64,000 nt of DNA from the human T2T-CHM13v2.0 reference genome, Homo sapiens. The translations under genes and the position numbers were made by a program. The stretch is from assembly GCF_009914755.1 (NCBI RefSeq), contig NC_060933.1, one strand, 5' to 3'. This document shows, piece by piece, positions 1-15,624 of this stretch; the stretch's first letter is position 1; every line of letters starts with the position of its first letter. The notes below the pieces were generated by a model. It was not told where the DNA came from. It saw only the letters and a list, made by a program, of their open reading frames with translations, and did no database searches.

Positions 1-59
1 TCAAGTCTGTCGTGTTCTTCTTTGCAGGAGATTTATCTCCTGAGCATCAGAGAGGCAGA

Positions 60-310
60 TAGGGCAGTGCTTAAAACACGGACTCTGGAGTTGGGACACA
101 AACAGATGTGGGTTTGTGTCCTGACACCATCACTCACAAGCCATGTGGCTTTGAGCAAATGACTATACCTCTGTTTCCTCATCGATACAAGAGGTGAGAT
201 AGTACGCGCCTTTGTGTGGTTCGTACAGGGTTTCAGGGAGACGCTACAAAATAGGGCTTAGCAGAGGGCTTGCACATTGTGAGCACCCAGGAAGTGGGAG
301 CTAGAATAGT
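60..310 (+). mobile_element. MIR
   Basis: MIR core-like gtggctttgagcaaat...cctctgtttcctcatc and a MIR-like 3' end. Confidence 0.6.
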
Positions 311-2124
311 GTCCTCTTTTCACCCAGGGTAGTAAGATTTTTAGGATGCTTTTCTCAGGGTATTAATGTATTGTCTGTGGAAGTTATATGAGTTACTGCA
401 CAAGCAATGTGTTAAAACACACATGTACTTGGTGATGGGGGGCTGGGAAGCATGTCCAGGGTGGCAGGCAGAACTCTTCCTGCGCTGGGATTGCAGAGGC
501 AAGCCTCAGCTCCCACAAAGACATAGGGTACTGGTGAGGGAGAGGACGGAGCCATTCTGGGCGCGTTTGTCTCAGGCCCATTTAGGAACTGGGGGCTGCT
601 TCTCAAGTTCTTTCTGTTTAATCATTCCATTATTCCGTGTAAATGATTGGTCTTTAATATAAACTGATAATGCAACATGATACTTTCCCTCTTCAGGATT
701 TAAATATTTATTTTTTAAGGTTAAGTCAATTTTTGAGTAAGCAGAAGAAAATCTGAATCTTTGGCCTTGACATCATAGGTTTCTTTTAAAATCATCTGAG
801 ATGAAAGGAAGAATAGGGAATGTATTTAAGTCCATGTTTATTGGATACAGTAATTATCACCCACTGTTGTATAAGCCTGATAACTAGGGCAAGGGAAGTT
901 TGTGCTTTTGGCATATTTCTGAATAATTAAATATTTATGGAAAACAAGTTAATAGATTCAAGACAATTTGCTGTGTCTTTCTCTGGCATAAAGTTCGTTA
1001 TGTGGAATTACAGAGAGGATTAGTCCTCTGTGCATCTGTTTATTTTTTCCTTCTAGGCACCATATCTCTAACACTTTCAGTCCACTAGCATTTATAGATT
1101 GCTCTCCTACTGGGCTCCCACAACTCTCTCACTGTGTGCCCTGCCTTAGCATATAGTACAATTGTGCCCACCAGTGACTCCCTCATGACCTTTCTCTAGA
1201 CTTTACAGAGTGAGAGTCCACATTTGTTCTTGCGTATTCAGGGCCTACCCCAGGGCTGGTACAAGGCAGCCAGAATGGTCTGAGCATGCCATTCCCTTTG
1301 CTTAAAAGCCTCCAGTGGCTTCTAATTTCTGTCAGAAAAAAGACCACATCATTAGCATGGCCGGTGAGGTGTAAGAATATGCTTTCTAGGGTAATTGCTG
1401 GATATGTCTGTCTCTCCTGGTGCAGTACAGTCCCATCAGGTCATGGGCCGTGACTGTTTTGCCCACCAGCAGGTCCTCAGTGCCTAGCCTAGCATCCGGC
1501 CTGTAGTAGATGCTCCTTAAGTGTTTATTGGATGAACAAATGGAGTAAATAGTGGGCTCCCAGTGACTGATCTGAATCTATAAAATGAGAAGGTTGTTAG
1601 ATCGGAGGTTCTGTCCATTATACAATATCTCAACCCTTTACAACACTTAAAAAGTTCTCTTCACACTTTTTATTCCAGCCTTATGTTGATTCTGCAGGTA
1701 GCTAGGGCAGGTTTTGATGTGCATAGAAGACAATGGAAGCTTAGAGAGGTTAAACACATTGCCCAAGATGTAGCTGTGAGAGAAGCTGAGGGTCCTAACG
1801 CCTCAAGTGCCTGTTCTCATGCTCCTGGCTGCCTCAAGGTGTGGCTTCTGACACACTCATTGTAGAAGTCGCAGGTGAGATAAGGTGACAGGGCTTCATT
1901 GGAAAAAGGTACTTATAATAGTTTTTCTTGGTTTTAGATATTTCAGTTTCCAGATAATTGAATTTGAGGAGTTGAGTTAAATTTGGAATGATGGGTTTAA
2001 GGTCTTGTTTCATGCTTATGGGTCAGAAAATACTGAACTTTCCTGTAAATGGCTAAAGTATAGTAATGCTTGGTACCTGTGATGATTAGTTTGTAACTGG
2101 GGTTAAAATTTGTGTTCTTGTTGA

Positions 2125-2274
2125 GAAGACACAGTCTTGCTGAGTCACCTGGGCTGGAGTGCAGTGGCTATTCACAGGTGCGATTATAGCACACTACAGC
2201 CTTCAGCTCATGGCCTCAAGCGATCCTCCTGCCTCAGCCTCCCAAGTAGCTCCCAAGTGCCACTACACCTGGCT
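2125..2274 (-). mobile_element. FAM (fossil Alu monomer)
   Basis: Monomer with gtggctattcacaggtgcgattatagcacactacagcc, the FAM-type 7SL-derived segment. Confidence 0.8.
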
Positions 2275-3292
2275 GACAACCTTTTTTGGTAAGATTAGAA
2301 GTTACTTGCTGATTGATATGTAGCATCCTTTGCTGTTTTCAGAAGATACTTGTTGTTTCAGTTAGTTTATTTCTTTAATGTATCTCTGGCTATATCTGCT
2401 ATGGGACACTTTGGCAATGAGCATCACTATGGCCTTTGTGCTTATCACATATAGTGTCCGTCTATCCTGATGGTTACCAATCATTGAGTCTACTCTTTCC
2501 ACTTTCCAGATGAGGGTGGAGGCTTTGTTAGAGTTTCATACTGAAGTGCCCTGATTCCCCACCTGACAAATCCCATGAACTGGAACATGTCCATATGCAT
2601 GTAACAGTTTCTCAACAGCTGCCTGCAGTTCATATACTGCTGCTAATAAACCATGCCCACGGTGAAGCATTTATCCCAGATGAAAGTGTCTGCTTCAGGG
2701 GCCTTTGTTGAATCTGCAGTGTGACTGTATAGGAAAAGGATGCAAACTTGACTTAGCCCACAGCTCCAATATCTAGTCCAGTGTTGGTGGCTAGTTAAGA
2801 AAAGACAGTGCCTGTTGTGGTCTGTTAACATGATAATCATTTCAGGGGGTTCTTAAGGACTAAGAGATTCTTGGAACCTAGTTTTATCAATATAGCCAGT
2901 AGTACTTGTTGAACAGAGAAGCAGCCTGGTATATAGAAAGATCAATGAATATGAAGTCAGAATGCCAAATGTGTCCATTTGCTTTGAGACTCCCACTTTC
3001 CATGTAAACAGGAATATCTTTGGTGTGCATGCATCCTTTTTCAGTAGGAAAGCCCCAGTTTTAATATCTGAGATTGTGTTATGAGGCTTAAGTCAGAACA
3101 AAGAGAGCTGGATGATGATAAAGGATTGTACCAATAACTGAAGGTAGTCTTATTCCTTATTCTTCCCTGTCCTCCGTAACTACTTGCCTACTAGCCCATC
3201 TGGCCATCCATCCATCCATGCAGTTCTTGTCCAGGGTCTACTGAGTGCCAGTGCTATGCCAAGTGTGAGGCCACAGTGGTGAAAAAAAGACA

Positions 3293-4016
<724 letters not shown>

Positions 4017-4021
4017 TTACA

Positions 4022-4163
4022 GTGCATAGTGTTGTGCACCTATAGTCCCAGATACTCAGAAGGCTAAGGCAGGAAGATTGCTTGAGTCCCAGAGTTGAGT
4101 CTAGCTTGGGCAACGTAATGAGACCAGTCTGGGCAACATAGACCCTATCTCTTAAAAAAAAAA
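4022..4163 (+). mobile_element. FLAM-type Alu monomer
   Basis: Monomer ending gaccctatctctt(A)n, with an internally repeated gggcaac..gacc segment. Confidence 0.7.
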
Positions 4164-4169
4164 TTATAG

Positions 4170-5830
4170 CACTGATGTCTGCAAAAGAGGAGTATAAGGT
4201 GCTAAGAGACCATACATTTAATGGCTTTCCTGCTAGGGGAGTCAGAGACAGCTTACCAGAGGAAGGGGCCTTTAAGCTGACACCTGAAAGATGAATTGAA
4301 GCTAGCCAGGTGGAGAGGTGGCAGTTGCATCTGCCATCATCCTAGCTGGGGAAGGAGCATGGAGGACTCCAGATGTACTGGGGAGCCAGCATGGCTAAAG
4401 CACTGAGAGCAAGGGAGAGACCAGTGTTCATGTTCTGGTCATGGCCTTGTTTCCTTGGACTGTGCCAGAAATAATGGACAAATTATGTAGTTGCTGACTC
4501 ATTTTTCATAACTCCCCAGCTGTCACCAAAAGCATCTATTACTGAAACATTACCTGTGGTTTCCAATATAGCAGTTGGCCTTATTTTTATTGCTTTAGAG
4601 ATTGGTTGCTTCCTTTGCTTCTTGAAGGTGTGGAAGCAAATACTTGGACCTCATTAGTGGTTTTCAGTCATTAAGTAAACATTTACTAAGCATGTAATAG
4701 GGCTTGACACTGCAGACCCTACCCTCAGGAGCACCAAGACTTGACAGATAGAAGTAAATACATAATGATAATACAGTGTCATGGGAAGTAGAGTAGTGGA
4801 AATGGAAGCTCATGGGACCGAGTAAGACTCACAGGCTCTTAAAGATTTTCACTTTTCCAGGTGAAGCAGGATACAGGCAGAGGAAACAGATTGTACAAAG
4901 GTACAGAAGCAGGAGGGAGTATGATGTGCTTCAGGGATGGTGGACAGTGTGGTGTTGCTGGAGTGTGAGATTTATGGTGGAGGATGGAGGGAGGAGGATC
5001 TGGTTGGAGAGGTGGTTTGGGGTCAGTTCACAGAGGGACTTGCAGGCAGTGCCTAGGAGTGTAGGTGTTGTCTTGTGGTCAGTGGAGAATCGTTCAAGCT
5101 CTAAGAGGAGAGAAGGATTGTCACTTATAGTCCTGGTGGCAGTGTGGAGGATGATGGTGTGAAAGGGGACTAGAGATTGGGAGCTGAGTGAGGGTTATTA
5201 TAGGAATTCAGGAGTGGGATGATGGGGTCCTGGCTAGGTGGATGGGGAGGAGAAGGCAGGTTCAAAAGAAACTGATGTAGAGGCCTCTCCTACTTGGTAG
5301 ATGGGAGGAAGGGCGATATCAGAGTTTCTCACTCGGTGCCATGAGATGGTAGGACCAGTCACTGAGCTATGAAACGTGAAAGGAATACTGGGTTGGTAGG
5401 AGGAAGGTTGTGAATTTGGTTTGGGCCATTTTGAGTTTGGAATGGATGAGGGGTTGCTTGGTGGACCTGCCCACTTGGTGACTGGCCTGCTAATCTGCAG
5501 CTGAGAGAGAGATCTAGGCTGGAACAGTGGTTCTCACACTCTAGAGCATCAGAGTCCTCTGTAGTGTTTGCGGGGAGGGAGGCTGGTAGTCTTATGTTTA
5601 AGGGCTTTCACAGATGGTTCTGATGCCCCAGGAGATACTTGGGGTCATTCTTGCATAGCTGGCCCCTGAAGTTGTGTCATAGGAGAGGATGGGATCACTC
5701 AGGAAGGCTGTGTGGTAGTGGATGAGAGTCCCGGCTGAATTGCTGGGGAGCGTCAGCATGAGAGGTGGAAGTGGAAGTCAGGGAAGAAGCAAGAGGAGGA
5801 ATGGGCAGCTAGGAAGAAAGACAGGAAGAA
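4170..5830 (-). mobile_element. L2 fragments (with a small MER5-like piece at ~5525-5630)
   Basis: Purine-rich antisense L2 motifs (cattcagtaaacatttactaag, tttaagctgacacctgaaagatga, ttttgagtttgga). Confidence 0.55.
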
Positions 5831-7034
5831 CGATGGTGTGGAAACCGGTGGTGGGGGCACCAACCTCCACTTCTTTCCCTGCAGGGCTTCAGTTTTCTCA
5901 TTTTCCTCTCTAGTAATTCATTAGGGAATTATTGCCCTGCTACCTAGAGCTGAGCCTTCCGTGCCTCCCTTCAACATTTGTTTACACTAGTGTCAGAGCC
6001 AGTCTCCCTGAGAGGTTATGCTTCAGTTACCTTTGTTGTCGTGTGCAGAAGACTCTGAAAGAGGCTGTTTGCTGCAGACAGTCTCTACCCCCTTCAGCGC
6101 CTCCCAGCAACCTTCTCAAGCAATTCCCTCATGCCTTCTATTGCTGGTCCTCGGGACTAAAATCTCTATCCGCTGAAGCCAGAAAGTTGCGCCCTCCCCC
6201 ATCTAACATTGTGAGGTTCAGGATGGATCTGCAACCTCAGGGATGTGTGTCTGGGTCCTAGGAAAGGCAGCTGATCGGAACAGTTTGAGTCTGAGAAGAT
6301 GATTAAAACATTCAGATTAGACTAACGCGATGCGTGGGTAGGTATCTGTGACTTGGGGTTGGGGTGCATCCCTGGTCCACTCTGTATCCTGTGCTTGGGT
6401 AGCAGGGAAAAGCCTGTTATAGAATTTCTGGAACTTATTGTTGGGGTCTGAGAGTTAGAGTACTTGGGATCTACTCAGACTGCTGGTGGCGGTATCCTAA
6501 ATTGGTAAAAGTGGAAGTCTGTCTCCCTGGTAAGCCTAAGTGCCTGACTGAGCTCAGCTTACAGAAGCAGGTGAAGAGCCTTTAATCTGAGAGGTCCAGT
6601 GGGAAACTGATCTGTGATCCATTGTGTGTGTTGTTAGTATTATCCTCAACCCTAAGACCTGGAGTGTAGGACAAAGGCACAGATCCAGTTGCCACTGACC
6701 CTGTTGCTGAAAGCCACAGCTGAGGAGTAGTGAGAAGGATCAGGGTTAACTTGAGGGGGAGTCCTTAATACCAGGACTGACCATCGTGGTGTGATGCCTT
6801 TTGCTTCTTAGGGAAGGAAGAAGAAAAGGAATTAATATTGGTTGAGCTGAGAAACCCAAATGCTGGGCAAAGAGAAGGGAACAGATAGAAAGTAGAGGCA
6901 GGATGATGAGATATGTGTACCAGTACAGAACATAAAATGCTATTCAGCTCCTATAGAACATAAAGAAATGTTTCAGAATAAGAGGCAGACTGAGCTGTGT
7001 TCAAATCCTGCCTTTGCACAAATACTACCAGTGA

Positions 7035-7436
<402 letters not shown>

Positions 7437-7889
7437 TAGAGAATTATTGCATGGATTTGGTGGCATATTTCTATGGATAAGGTGCTTAGCAAAGTATCTG
7501 TCACAGAGTAATGGTTCAATAAATGGTGATGATAATGGTGATGACCATCATGTGAGTACCTCTGTAGATATCTCCACTGGACCAAAGCCTACCTGTATAA
7601 TAAATGTTTGAAATGAACAACATCAACAGTAACAAGGTCAGTATGAGATTAGCAACATATGAGAGGGAAAACCAGATCCACTGGCAAAATTACTGGAACA
7701 CTGAGAGGATAAGGATAGCAGTGGAGAATCATAAAAACAGGACATGATAGAAAATGAAAAGGTACAAGGAAGGAACTATTAAGTATGATCAAAGTAGTCT
7801 TATTGGCTGTGAAGAAGAGAGGCAAGAGATTCTGAATCAACACCTGGAGGTGATGAGGACAAAATAACCTTAGTCTTTAGTGATGATAG

Positions 7890-8209
<320 letters not shown>

Positions 8210-8291
8210 TGATACAAATTTTTATTGCCACTTCTACTTCCCTGAGTATTTTAGTGGATAGACATTGAGGGGAAGTGGCATTAGGGATTTA

Positions 8292-8577
8292 TTTTTCCTT
8301 TTTCAGAGATGGAGTCTTGCTCTGTTGCCCAGGCTGGAGTGCAGTAGTGCAATCATAGCTCACTGAAGTCTTGAACTCCTTGGTTCAAGTGATCCTTCCA
8401 CCTCAGCCTCCTAAGACTACAGGTGTGCGCCACCACTCCTGGCTTAAAAAATTTTTTGTTTAGAGATGGGGTCTTGCAGTGTTGCCCAGGCTAGTGTTGA
8501 ACTCCTGGCCTCAAGTGCTTCTCTGCCTCAGCCTTCTGAGAATCTGGGATTATAGGCATGAGCCATTGAGCCTGGCT
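8292..8577 (-). mobile_element. AluJ
   Basis: caatcatagctcactg and gggtcttgcagtgttgcccagg J-type features. Confidence 0.85.
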
Positions 8578-8885
8578 ACTGGGATTCTTTACCTAATGTT
8601 TGTTTATTTATTTTATTTTAGTTTTTTTTTTTTTTTAAACTCCAAAGCCCCATTGTTATAATTAGGCTTGTGACAGAGGAGCCTCATATTAAATATGTAT
8701 TGAATGGGTAAGATGAAATAAATTAATCAGTTCCTGGCTCTTTCTAAAGAAGTTTAAATATAGTAATAATGACAGTATTATATCTCCAAATGTTGGCAAA
8801 GATTTAATGCAATTCCTATGAGATATTTTATAAAGCTTGAAAAAATAATGATGTTTACCTGGAAAACTAAGTTGGTAAAAAAATA

Positions 8886-9205
8886 TTTATTTATTTTTAA
8901 TTTTTTTGAAACAGGGTCTTGCTGTGTTGCCCAGCCTGAAGTATAGTGGCGTAATCTTGGCTCACGGTAACCTTCACATCCCAAGTTCAGACGGTTCTCG
9001 TGCTTCAGCCTCCTGTGTAGCTAGGATTACAGGCCTGTGCCACCATACCCAGCTAATTAAAAAAATATTTTTAGTAGAGATGGGGTTTCATTTTTAGTAG
9101 AGATGGGGTTGGCCAAGCTGGTCTTGAACTCCTGGCCTCAAGTGATCTGCCTGCCACAGCCTCCCAAAGTGCTGGGATTACAGGCGTGAGCCACTGCTCC
9201 TGGTC
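8886..9205 (-). mobile_element. Alu (old S/J type)
   Basis: Full antisense dimer. Confidence 0.88.
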
Positions 9206-9384
9206 AAGATAGTTTTTTAAATGAGTGAAATTGCCTTTATTTTTCCAGATTCTTATTCATTTCTACAAATGTTTGAGTTGCCTACTATATAAAAGCAGTG
9301 CTAAACTCTTTGTTGAGGGAATATAAAAATGGCTATCTGTGTTATATTTTCTCATTTAACTCTTATCACTCTCCTTGTGAGAGA

Positions 9385-9770
9385 GCCACTTTAGGTTGTG
9401 CTATGAGTGAGAGAAAATGCAAAATAACAAAGACATAAACAAGGTAGAAGTTTCTTATGTGCAAGAAGTCAGAAGGTAATTAGGCCAGAGTAGGTATGGA
9501 GCCTGCATAGTCAGAGACCCAGGTTCCTTCTAAGTCCAAAGTCACTTCATGGCCTAAAATGGCTGCGAGAGCTCTAGCCTTTCCATATGCATTCCAGCCT
9601 TTGAGGGCTACTGTCCAGAAATTCGGCACGATACCGCTTACATCTCAGTCATTTAATCTTGGTCTTACGGCCACAACTTTCAGTAAGGGAAGCCAGGAAA
9701 TGTAATCTACACTCAGGGAAGCCATGTGTCTACCTAAAAGAAGAGAGGGAGGATGACTGCTAGCGGGCAG
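9385..9770 (-). mobile_element. Old MLT1 (ERVL-MaLR) LTR remnant
   Basis: agacccaggttccttc, aaaatggctgc..gctctagcc and gggaagccaggaaatgtaatct motifs. Confidence 0.55.
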
Positions 9771-9772
9771 CC

Positions 9773-10250
9773 TCATAGCAACATTATTAGTAATTGCCAA
9801 AAATGGAAACAACCCAAATATCTACCAGTTAATGAACAGATAAACCAAATGTGGCATATACATATAAAGGAGTATTATTCAGCCATAAAAAAGAATAAAC
9901 TACTGTTTCATGCCTAATATGGATAAACCTTGAAAACATTCTGAGTGAAAGAAGCAAGACACAAAAGTCCACATACCGTATGATTCTGTCTGTATGAAAC
10001 GTGTAGAAGAGGCAAACCCAAAGAGACACAGAACGTAGATTCATAGTTGCTGGGTCTCATGGCAGGGGGAGTGGGGAGTAACTGCTGATGGGTTGGGTAC
10101 AGGATTTCTTTGTAGGGTGATAAAATGTTCTGGAATTAGATAGTGGCAGTGGTTGTGCAACTTAGTGAATATGCTAAAAATCACTGAATTCTATGGTTTA
10201 AAAGGTGAATTTTATGTTGTATAAATTATATCTGAATTTAAAAAAATAAC
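9773..10250 (+). mobile_element. L1MB-type 3' end
   Basis: ggaaacaacccaaat, tattattcagccataaaaaagaat, gataaaatgttctggaattagatagtgg. Confidence 0.85.
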
Positions 10251-10654
10251 TTTTTCTTATTAAATTTTAATTGTAAAAAAATAAGAAAGATAGACAAAAA
10301 AGAAAGAACCAGCCATCATCTCATTGTCAATACCTGGGGTATGTGTCCAGACATTTTTCTGTGTGTCTGCCTCAAAGTTGAGTTGATAGAGGAGCAATGT
10401 GTTGGGATTAGCATAGTCCACAGACATGTTTTTTTTTTTTTCACTAGTGCTTCAGAATTCCTCTGTTGTTAGGCTGTTACGTTGGAAACAATACTTGGCC
10501 ATGGTGGAAACCTTAGCATATTTGGAAACCATAGCATATTTGAAGATCTGGGTGCCTCTTCCAACTCACATTGGGTCTGTGAGCTTGAGAGAGGCACTTA
10601 GTCTCCCTGTCCTCATCTTGAAAAGGGATTGTGGTACTTGGTGGTATCTTTCTT

Positions 10655-11290
10655 ACTAGAATGGCTAAAATGAAGGGGGAAAAAGACAATATTATGTTGG
10701 TGAGGTTGTGGAGCGATCAGCTTTCATACTGCTGGTGGGAGAATAAATCGGTCTATCCACTTTGGAAAATTGACATCATCTATCAAAGCTGAACATATAC
10801 ATACCTTATGACCCAGCAGTTCCACTCCTTGGTATCGACCCAACTTTGAGACAGACACAAAGAAATACATATGGATGTGTACCAGAAGGCATGCTCAGTC
10901 ACGCTTCTAGCAGCTCCATCTGTAATAGCTCAAACTGGAAACAATACCAGTGTCCATTGGTAGTAGAAGGGATAATACACGTGGTACACTCCCATGATGG
11001 AATACTGTAGTCAGTTAGAGTTAATGTACAAGCCCATTAAAACAATCCGATGAATTTCACAAACATAATGTTCATACAGATAGAAAAGGTTATAGACCAT
11101 ACAAATCCATTTATATAAAGTACATTATATAATGTACATTATAAAACAAAATGTTATAAAACATTTTTATAAAACAAAAATGTTATAAAAACATTTTTAT
11201 AAAACAAAAATGTTGAAACATTAGAACATATAATTAATTTACAAATACATATATACATGTTAGAGGTGCTTTGCTTAATATTTTTTAACT
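10655..11290 (+). mobile_element. L1ME-type fragment
   Basis: tagaatggctaaaat, tatgacccagcagttccactcc, caaactggaaacaa. Confidence 0.75.
11141..11222. repeat. ~29-bp AT-rich tandem repeat, ~2.8 copies
   Basis: ATAAAACAAAA(A)TGTTATAAAA(A)CATTTTT units starting at 11141, 11169 and 11199. Confidence 0.9.
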
Positions 11291-14200
11291 GTTGGTCGTG
11301 AAGGATCATAAAGTTTGGTGAGCCAAGGCTTGCCACCACAAGAGCGGGCAGTCTGAGCCGAGGCCGGGCTGTGGACGCAGCTGGCTGAGTGGGTGAGCTT
11401 CATGCTATTCAGTTGGCGGCCTGTGTTAGGGTTGCTTTCCTTGTTGTAGGATCATGAAATGTGGGACAGGGGAGGGTGGTGGTGAAGCTGGCGAGGGGGC
11501 AGGGGCCTGGAACCCAGCCGGAGGGCTGAGAAGAATGAAGAGGAAGCTTGGTGAGAGGACAAAAGGAAGGCGGCGCTGGTGTGGCATCCAAACAGAAGAA
11601 AGGAGCCAGCAGGGGAGGCCAGAGACCAGCGAGGCTAAGGAAATGGGAGGAGAAAGAGGGACGGGGCATCATCAGGGCTGGAGGGATGACTCCAGAAAGA
11701 GGGGCTGGTGAGCAGGTTAAAGCTGCCATGAGGTGGGAGAGCCTTAGGCCACTAGTCTCAACAATTAGTAGCAGGAGGTTCTGGGACCCCAGAGGGGCCA
11801 GTGTGACCCCAGTCTTCGGGCAGGGGTTACTGAGTGGGTGAGTGTCTGACGGGAAAGTAGCCTGGGCTTCAAGGGTCAAAGCTGTTCTGAAGATGTTCTT
11901 AGGCAGAGAGAAGAACCAAGGGAGCGGCAGAGACTGAGGTTGCCAGAGAAGGGGCTGACTGCCTGACTGGCAGCTGGGAGTGCACCCCAAGTCCAGGGCC
12001 TGCCATCAGCCCTGGCTCTCAGTGGATGCCTTTATCAGATGTGGGAGGGGAAGGCCAGGTTAGAGGAGGGTCGGGAGGGAGCAGAAGTCACCTTCTCTCA
12101 GTGAAGGAGGTTGTGAGGCTGCCCCCTTGTAACCTGCCCTGGTGGTGCACAGGTGTAGAGTAAGGTGTGGGGTATGGTGAGGGGGTGCTTTGGAACAGCT
12201 GCCATGGGAGACAAGTGGCCACGGAGCTCGTAGCACCTTGTGCACAATGCTTGCGTGTGCCTGCAGGGGGGGTGTGCCACACCCACCCTCCCTTGCCTTT
12301 ATACTCTTTTTCACACAGCAACATGCACCTGTGGCAGGAGAGTTTGTGTCCAGGCATTCCTGAGGTCCCTTCTCGCTGGGTGGTGCGCGAGGCCTTGGCT
12401 CGGTTTTTGGCCTGTCAGAATGCGTTTTCCCACAGTGTCAGTTTTTCTCTGGGGTTCATTCCCCATGCACACCTTACATGCTTATTTACCACAGCGTGTA
12501 TCCAAAGCATGATGGGAAAGGAAAATAGTGACCACATAGGATGAATTCCATGATTTTAGGACAGGATTTGCCACCTGATTGGCTAATGATGATACCAAAT
12601 GTGGATGCGTGGGAAAAGTATTTTAACATTTCAAATAATAGATTGAAGTCAGCACTGTAACTGGTCCAAATGACTGAGCTTTGAAAGACAAGTCTTAACC
12701 ATATGGAACATCAATGTAAATTGAATTATTTTCCCTACTTTTATAGTGGCTACTGTTTGGAAAGAGATGTGCTGGGAAGGTATGTCCTATTGATTAGGGG
12801 ATTATGAAATCCAGCATGTATTCCTGGTAAGCCAGTGCCCTGACCATAGTGAAATGTGCCATTTTGAGTAGGCGGTCATGCCGTGTGGGCACCCACAGGT
12901 ATATACTGGGTACAGGGGAGCCGGGTGGTGCTGTAGTCAGAGAAACCTCCTGTCAAGCGGAGCCCGATGGGACTGAGGCGCTGCAGAGTGGTTTTCAGGG
13001 CATCAGGCAGCCTCTGCGAGCCACAAAACAGGGGATGTGTTAGGGGCTTCTTCACCACATGAAGCTCTGGGGTTTTCTCTATTGGTTCTCCTGTCAACGG
13101 TTTTTTAACTGTCTTTCTCTCTCTGCCTCCTCCTTGTGCACACCTCTTTTTGCTACCCTGTCATGCTGTCACCCTTGTGTTCCCATTGGTGTCTGTTCCC
13201 CCAACAGCTGGGCTTACTTGGGCAACCTCCCGTCAACCTCAGTCAGGTCCCTGTACCTACCCAGAAGCCCCCCTCCTCTCTTCTTTCCAGTTCACCTCCC
13301 TTCCTCACTTGGAGCTGTCCTTGCTTCAGACCCTTAATCAGAAAGGGCCAGCTCATTGTGTGAGTTATGTTTGGCCATGGGAGAATGGGGTGAAGGAATG
13401 TGAAGACAAATAAGACATGAGCCTTGTCTTTAAGGAACTACGAACTGGTTGACCTCCCTTCCCCACCAGTGCAGACCATTCTTGCCCCCTGAGATTCTGC
13501 CCACCTCATTTGGCACCTCTTCTAAGAATGCTTTTCTGCTCTCCCCAGCTCGCGGGAGCTCTCCTTTCCTTAAACCCTCATGACACTGTGGCCCTGGCCA
13601 CATTCTGCATTGCATTGTGCTGCTTTGATCTACTCTGTACCTCCTACCTTATCTCCTTGACTAGACTTTAAGCTCTTTTAAGGCAAGATCTGTGTCTTGT
13701 TCAATGCCTTACACACAGGAGATGCTCAATAAACGTTACAAGACTGAAACCAGCATGGAATCTGTTATGGCTCCCAGCATCTGTCCCCTTTGTTGCCATG
13801 GCGCCCAGGTCTTGAGCTAACCAGAGAATAAGGGAAGAAACAGAGAATGTTTGCCTGGAAGAATCCTAGGTGCTTCAGTTTAGGTAGGAACAGCCACAAC
13901 AAATGTTAAAAGCTGAAATATTAACAATATTTCTCAGATTCTTCTGGTAGCCTCACTCTTCCGTCAACCTGTTTTCACAAAAGAGGCAGAAGGTAAAGTT
14001 TCTGATGCATTTCTGCACAGGGGCCCAGTCTTCTTTGATATTGCATGATTAACAACACTATAAGTAACTCATATATACTTAGAAGAAGCACGTTTCCAAA
14101 ACTTTATGTATCAGTTGATTGGTTCTCCTAAGGAGGATGCTAGAAACAACCAGTCTTGGTTTTCTCACATGCTCTCTGCTTTAAACCAACAAAGGAGTAA

Positions 14201-15287
14201 TCTCAGAGATGAGTAATTTCTCTGAAGTCACACAGCAAGGAAGTGGCAGAGTTGGACTGGACTCAAGGTCCGTCTCTGGCTCTAGAAGTGGAGCTCTCTC
14301 CACTGTCTGATTAGAGTTGGATTCCATTAGAAGCACAGCAGCTGCCCACTTGCTGCCTATGCTCTTGGAGGGGCTGGTGGGATCCTGCCAGTCCCGAGGA
14401 ATCTGGGCTGAATTGGCCCGAGTCCATTCAGCTAGGGGAGGACTGCCTCCCCCCGTTGTCACCACAGGGACCAAAGGGCAGAGAATCTGTTTCCATTCCT
14501 CTTAGGAAGACCGCAGTCTGCTAACCCATTTCACCTGGGCCCACCTGGATGACAGCTGACCAGTCATCCCGAGCCTCAGGCATGCTAAGGCAGCAGGAGG
14601 TCAAGCAGTCTGTTGTGAACAGGGGATAGAGAACCTGCACTCACTGACAGGCAAAGACAAGTGACATTGCATTTAAGGACTCTTGGCCATGGAAGGGAGA
14701 GAAGGAAGCCAAGCTTCATACTTGCAGCTGTGGCGCTTTTGAGGCAGGATGAATGGAGTGACTGCATAAGAACTTTATAAGGAGAGAACTTCCAAAGAGA
14801 GGAGATTAAAGTATATGAGAGACTTTCTGGAACTAAAAGTCAATGAAGAACTGAAATTAGTAGTTTGGAAGGTCAAAGGAAAAATATTTCGTGACAGAGT
14901 AATAATGACAAGAAATGGGAATAATGAAAATGTGAGGTACTTAGAGGCAGCAAGAACAGATTTATTTATTATTTTTTTTTTTCCAAAGGAAAGAGAATTA
15001 GGCTGTCTTTGGGCTTCCCCTGTGCAACTCTGGAGGCTGGAAGACAGTGGGCTGGTATCTCCAGACTATTAAAGGGAGAGGGCCCCAAGTCCTCTATATA
15101 CCCAGCCAAGATGTCAGTGAGGTGCCATTGCAAAAGAAAGCCATTTTCAAACACGTGAGGACACAAAACATTTATTAAATGTACCTGAGGAAAATATCCA
15201 GTGAAGTTCTCTAACCCAAGGACAAGGGAAGTGGAGTAGAGATATGGAGACAGGTAAGGAAGGAGTGCAGGGAACAGGAACGGCACC

Positions 15288-15624
<337 letters not shown>

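Noticed and set aside
2125-2274. 7SL RNA gene or pseudogene
   Set aside because: Lacks the S domain and fits FAM; the same applies to ~47720-47879
11141-11222. CRISPR-like array
   Set aside because: Head-to-tail units without unique spacers, in a eukaryotic intron; the same applies to 58999-59122
11409-11990. 193-aa minus-strand ORF
   Set aside because: P/L/S-rich complement of purine-rich GC sequence with no recognisable domain
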